Assembly: GCA_964469675.1 (NCBI GenBank)
Contig: CAYYBV010000001.1
Location: 12,909-40,605 of the forward strand
From: an uncultured Verrucomicrobiota bacterium
GTDB taxonomy: Bacteria > Verrucomicrobiota > Kiritimatiellia > JAAZAB01
Length of the DNA: 27,697 nucleotides
Reading direction: 5' to 3'
Shown here: positions 25,701 to 27,697 of the stretch, one piece after another
Layout of the letters: each line of letters begins with the position of its first letter
Position numbering within the stretch: position 1 is the first letter of the stretch
Notes under the pieces: model-generated
What the model was told of the DNA's origin: nothing
Seen by the model: only the letters and a program-made list of their open reading frames with translations
Database searches by the model: none
Position numbers and translations under genes: made by a program

Positions 25701-27080
25701 AACGCCGATTCCGATCTGTTCAGTCCCGGTTACTTCCGCTGTCCTTTGGCGGGCGGCGCTGAAATTGAATTACTGGCGCAGATCCTGACCCCGGCGGAAA
25801 ATGATCGGATTGCCGTTGCTTCGCGGTCTGAAGCAGCGGAAACTGGACAGGGTGAGGTCCGGGATCTTCAGCCATTGGATGCGCCGCTCCTGGAAATACT
25901 GGAGCGCGCCATGCGGCAGTTTATTGTCCGGCGCGGTGCTTATAAAACCGTGATTGCCGGTTATCCCTGGTTCCTTGACTGGGGACGCGACACGTTTATT
26001 TGCGCGCGTGGCTTAATTGCCGCCGGCCGTTGGGAGGAAGTTACGGCAATTTTAAAGCAATTTGCGGCATTTGAGCAGGACGGCACGCTGCCCAATATGA
26101 TTCATGGTGACGACGCCCGAAATCGCGACACATCCGATGCGCCCCTTTGGTTTATCGTTGCCTGTGCGGATGTCTGCCGCGCTGCCGGTCATGATCATTT
26201 ATTATCCGAACGGTGTGGTCCAAGGACTCTGCGCCAGGTTCTGCAATCGATAGCCGAAGGCTATCGCCGGGGAACTTCCAACGGCATTCGTATGGACCCG
26301 GAAAGCGGGTTGATTTTTAGTCCGGCCCATTTTACGTGGATGGATACCAACCATCCAGCCGGCTCGCCACGCGAAGGTTACCCCATTGAAATCCAGGCGC
26401 TCTGGTTTGCCGCGTGCTCATTCCTGGCCGGCTTGGATAAGCCGGCCGCACCCTGGCGCGAACTGGCCGGGCAGGTGCGGAATTCCATCCGCCAGTATTT
26501 CTGGAACGAGTCCCGCGGCTACTTTGCCGATTGCCTGCACGCCAAAGTGGGCCAGGGCGCGGCCAGCGCCATGCCGGACGACGCCCTGCGGCCCAATCAG
26601 TTGCTGGTGTTGACCCTGGGCGCAGTGGTCGAAAACGCCATCGGCGCGCGCGTTCTGGAAGCATGTGCGGAGCTGCTTGTGCCCGGCGCCATCCGCACAC
26701 TCGCCAATCGTCCGGTGGAATATCCCCAGCCTGTCGTGCTGGGCGACCGGCTGCTTAATAATCCCCAGCGGCCTTACTGGGGAGAATATGCGGGCGATGA
26801 AGATACGCGCCGCAAACCGGCCTATCACAATGGCACAGCCTGGACCTGGCTGTTCCCATCGTTTTGCGAAGCCTGGGTCCAGGTGCATGGCAGTGCCGGG
26901 CGCTCCGCGGCGCTGGCCTGGCTGGGCAGCAGCACACGGCTGATAGAGCGTGGCTGCCTGGGACAGATTCCGGAAATCGTGGATGGCGATTACCCGCACA
27001 CCCAGCGCGGTTGTGATGCCCAGGCCTGGGGCGTTACCGAGCTGTACCGCGTTCTGAAGCAGACCGGAGCAGCAGATTGA
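22764..27080 (+). CDS. Fused glycogen debranching enzyme: N-terminal GH13 alpha-amylase-fold domain + GDE_N + amylo-alpha-1,6-glucosidase (GDE_C/GH133-type); alternative start 22755
   Basis: GH13 regions: DIAINHTG, GVDGFRCDAG (Asp at 23748), LLEGLG, EPHDN. GDE_N-like LSTNGRGG (~25095). GDE_C motifs IAGYPWFLDWGRDTFI, GTLPN, TWMD, IEIQALW, RPNQL, YHNGTAW, EIVDG, GCDAQAW. Confidence 0.92.
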   Translation: MNMLLEQTPAPGQHRLAFCGDVLEFTLRLSGPERGEARLRTNIGNAETARREIIREAAEHRQRLAEDWFDIPMTRVDDQFYRLTLPLLESGHFEAKALFLPEGGNQPVWPQGPNTAINVHPAAYCCANSLYNAFVRQFGQERRAPLVFTPQQTKGIQALQANDYAVIPPSGTFRDVIRQLDFIIGRLRCRALMLLPIHPTPTVYGRMGTFGSPYAALDFVDVDPALAEFDPKATPLEQFGELVDAVHARGARLFLDIAINHTGWAAKIHAEHPDWLMRETDGTIRSPGAWGVVWSDLTEINHQHVGLWRYLAKVFLTWCRRGVDGFRCDAGYMIPVSAWEFIVAMVRREFPDTLFLLEGLGGGIEATTTLLNIANLNWAYSELFQNYDRRQIEAYLPGAIRISETEGLLVHFAEPHDNNRLASRSIPYACMRTALSALCSSNGAFAFANGVEWHAVEKIDVHGRAPLAWGSGENQVDRIARLHCILQTHPVFFAGARLRLIQQGSGNSIALLRYLPSTDQRLLVLVNLDDSATQPVAWNPSDAGLANHELTDLLTGRVVAVSLTGGQASLVLAPAEVLCLTPDRLDLDRILSAEAIPTPQRLGPPEIVRRQGLRAKALEIVKTCRNPVDFSTLDPDRLAMELAENPGAFCRKQDVPGAAPRVVTWEWPRDLKREVMIPPNHFLYLRAPVAFRAQIEEGSRVVQQQNSLTAVDGCHFILFCPGAARLMPHAAKLKLVVYEPEHTRHETAALLFLPPGDVPRVPLAFSHKELLGTHPVFLSTNGRGGMLRAPVLWAEVRSRYDALLAGNLNPDYPEDRRIMLTRCRAWLVFQGYSQDITIDRLQLFQLGDNAGLWRFRVPFGFGQSVFLDIHAEMIAGQNAMRLKFYRAPCLNAENCLADGQAVQLIIRPDVEDRSFHEDTKAFLGPERNWPGAVHPESNGFIFAPDPARQLRVIVSTGSFLPATEWQYMVHHPIEAGRGLNADSDLFSPGYFRCPLAGGAEIELLAQILTPAENDRIAVASRSEAAETGQGEVRDLQPLDAPLLEILERAMRQFIVRRGAYKTVIAGYPWFLDWGRDTFICARGLIAAGRWEEVTAILKQFAAFEQDGTLPNMIHGDDARNRDTSDAPLWFIVACADVCRAAGHDHLLSERCGPRTLRQVLQSIAEGYRRGTSNGIRMDPESGLIFSPAHFTWMDTNHPAGSPREGYPIEIQALWFAACSFLAGLDKPAAPWRELAGQVRNSIRQYFWNESRGYFADCLHAKVGQGAASAMPDDALRPNQLLVLTLGAVVENAIGARVLEACAELLVPGAIRTLANRPVEYPQPVVLGDRLLNNPQRPYWGEYAGDEDTRRKPAYHNGTAWTWLFPSFCEAWVQVHGSAGRSAALAWLGSSTRLIERGCLGQIPEIVDGDYPHTQRGCDAQAWGVTELYRVLKQTGAAD

Positions 27081-27275
27081 ACCACGGCTTGATCTGATGC
27101 GGGAGGCGCGCTATGCGCGGCGATGACCCGGGGCAGGCCAACACCAGGTTAAATCACTATAATTTAAGGCGGAGGGCATTCCCCGCTTGCCGTGCATGGA
27201 TATTTGGTTTACGAGCCGATTCTATATTAGTTCGATCTTTACGCTTCACGCTCCCCGCTCCATGTGCTTTCATGC

Positions 27276-27304
27276 TTGCATTCCGCTGCCCGATTTTCTA
27301 CCGT
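27276..27304 (+). promoter_or_regulatory. Candidate tRNA promoter
   Basis: TTGCAT (27276-27281), 17 nt spacer, TACCGT (27299-27304), 7 nt before the tRNA. Confidence 0.45.
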
Positions 27305-27311
27305 TTGCATC

Positions 27312-27384
<73 letters not shown>

Positions 27385-27394
27385 CTCCCTTTTC

Positions 27395-27422
27395 TGGTCA
27401 TCCAAGTCTTTTGGAACCATTT
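27395..27422 (+). terminator. Possible terminator or processing hairpin after the tRNA
   Basis: tggt-ca-tccaa-gtctt-ttgga-acca followed by ttt. Confidence 0.35.
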
Positions 27423-27627
27423 CGGGCTCAGAAAAGTAATCGCAGTGGTTACGAAGCAGACGCGGCAAAATCGGCGGGCTTTTTAGTGTCTTTTTGTGGA
27501 AAACCAAAAAAACACTTGGCAAAAATTTATTTTATGTTATTTTTATACATCTTATTTATTTGCAATTGAATTACTTTTGCTGTTTTGCATAAATGGATCA
27601 GGCTAAACACATAGAAGGAAAAGAAAA

Positions 27628-27697
27628 ATGAGCAGCTCAACACGTAATGTTGGTTTTGCGGTCGCGACGGCGCTCGGCATGGCGTTTTGCTCCGCGG
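27628..27697 (+). CDS. Start of a probably exported protein (3'-truncated)
   Basis: Purine-rich AGAAGGAAAAGAAAA upstream. MSSSTRNVGFAVATALGMAFCSA looks like a signal peptide. Only 23 codons are visible. Confidence 0.5.
   Translation, partial: MSSSTRNVGFAVATALGMAFCSA

Noticed and set aside
25-27000. Many long antisense or alternate-frame ORFs (e.g. 25-510, 1073-1729, 6056-6703, 8441-9130, 10887-11495, 22851-23579, 23652-24272, 26418-26999)
   Set aside because: They lie entirely within well-supported genes, show no recognisable motifs, and are expected shadows of GC-rich codon usage.
27385-27697. tRNA-anchored genomic island boundary (AT-rich DNA after the tRNA)
   Set aside because: No integrase or tRNA 3' duplication is visible, and the AT-rich tract is adequately explained as a promoter region. 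The window ends too soon to exclude an island completely.

Overview
Gene-dense 27.7-kb chromosomal window from a GC-rich diderm bacterium. Hints such as the GDGGWG-type GpsA, the PxWQPxVVxFR TPR N-terminus and a Verrucomicrobia-style BspA cap suggest the PVC superphylum (Kiritimatiellae/Lentisphaerae-like); this is inference only. Left to right: (1) a six-gene + strand operon: TolC (5'-truncated), an unusual C-terminally anchored alpha-hairpin/NEW3 protein, an ABC ATPase, two paralogous ABC-2 permeases and a HEAT-TPR-CBM9-like lipoprotein. (2) A cobalamin salvage/uptake cluster, cobS-btuF-btuC...btuD, interrupted by a BspA-type LRR surface-protein gene with its own promoter and terminator. (3) A DUF883 (YqjD/ElaB) gene plus a YqjE-like membrane protein gene. 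(4) An orphan gspK-gspL-gspM-like triplet on the - strand, divergent from a TPR gene. (5) exbB-exbD-tonB and plsY-gpsA on the - strand. (6) A ~1440-aa GH13+GH133 fused glycogen debranching enzyme with eukaryote-like architecture. (7) tRNA-Lys(CTT) and the start of a further secreted protein. No transposase, integrase, CRISPR array or recognisable riboswitch was seen. The best novel-system candidate is the TolC / inverted-topology adaptor / ABC-2 / CBM9-lipoprotein operon. All domain calls come from motif recognition by eye, not database searches.
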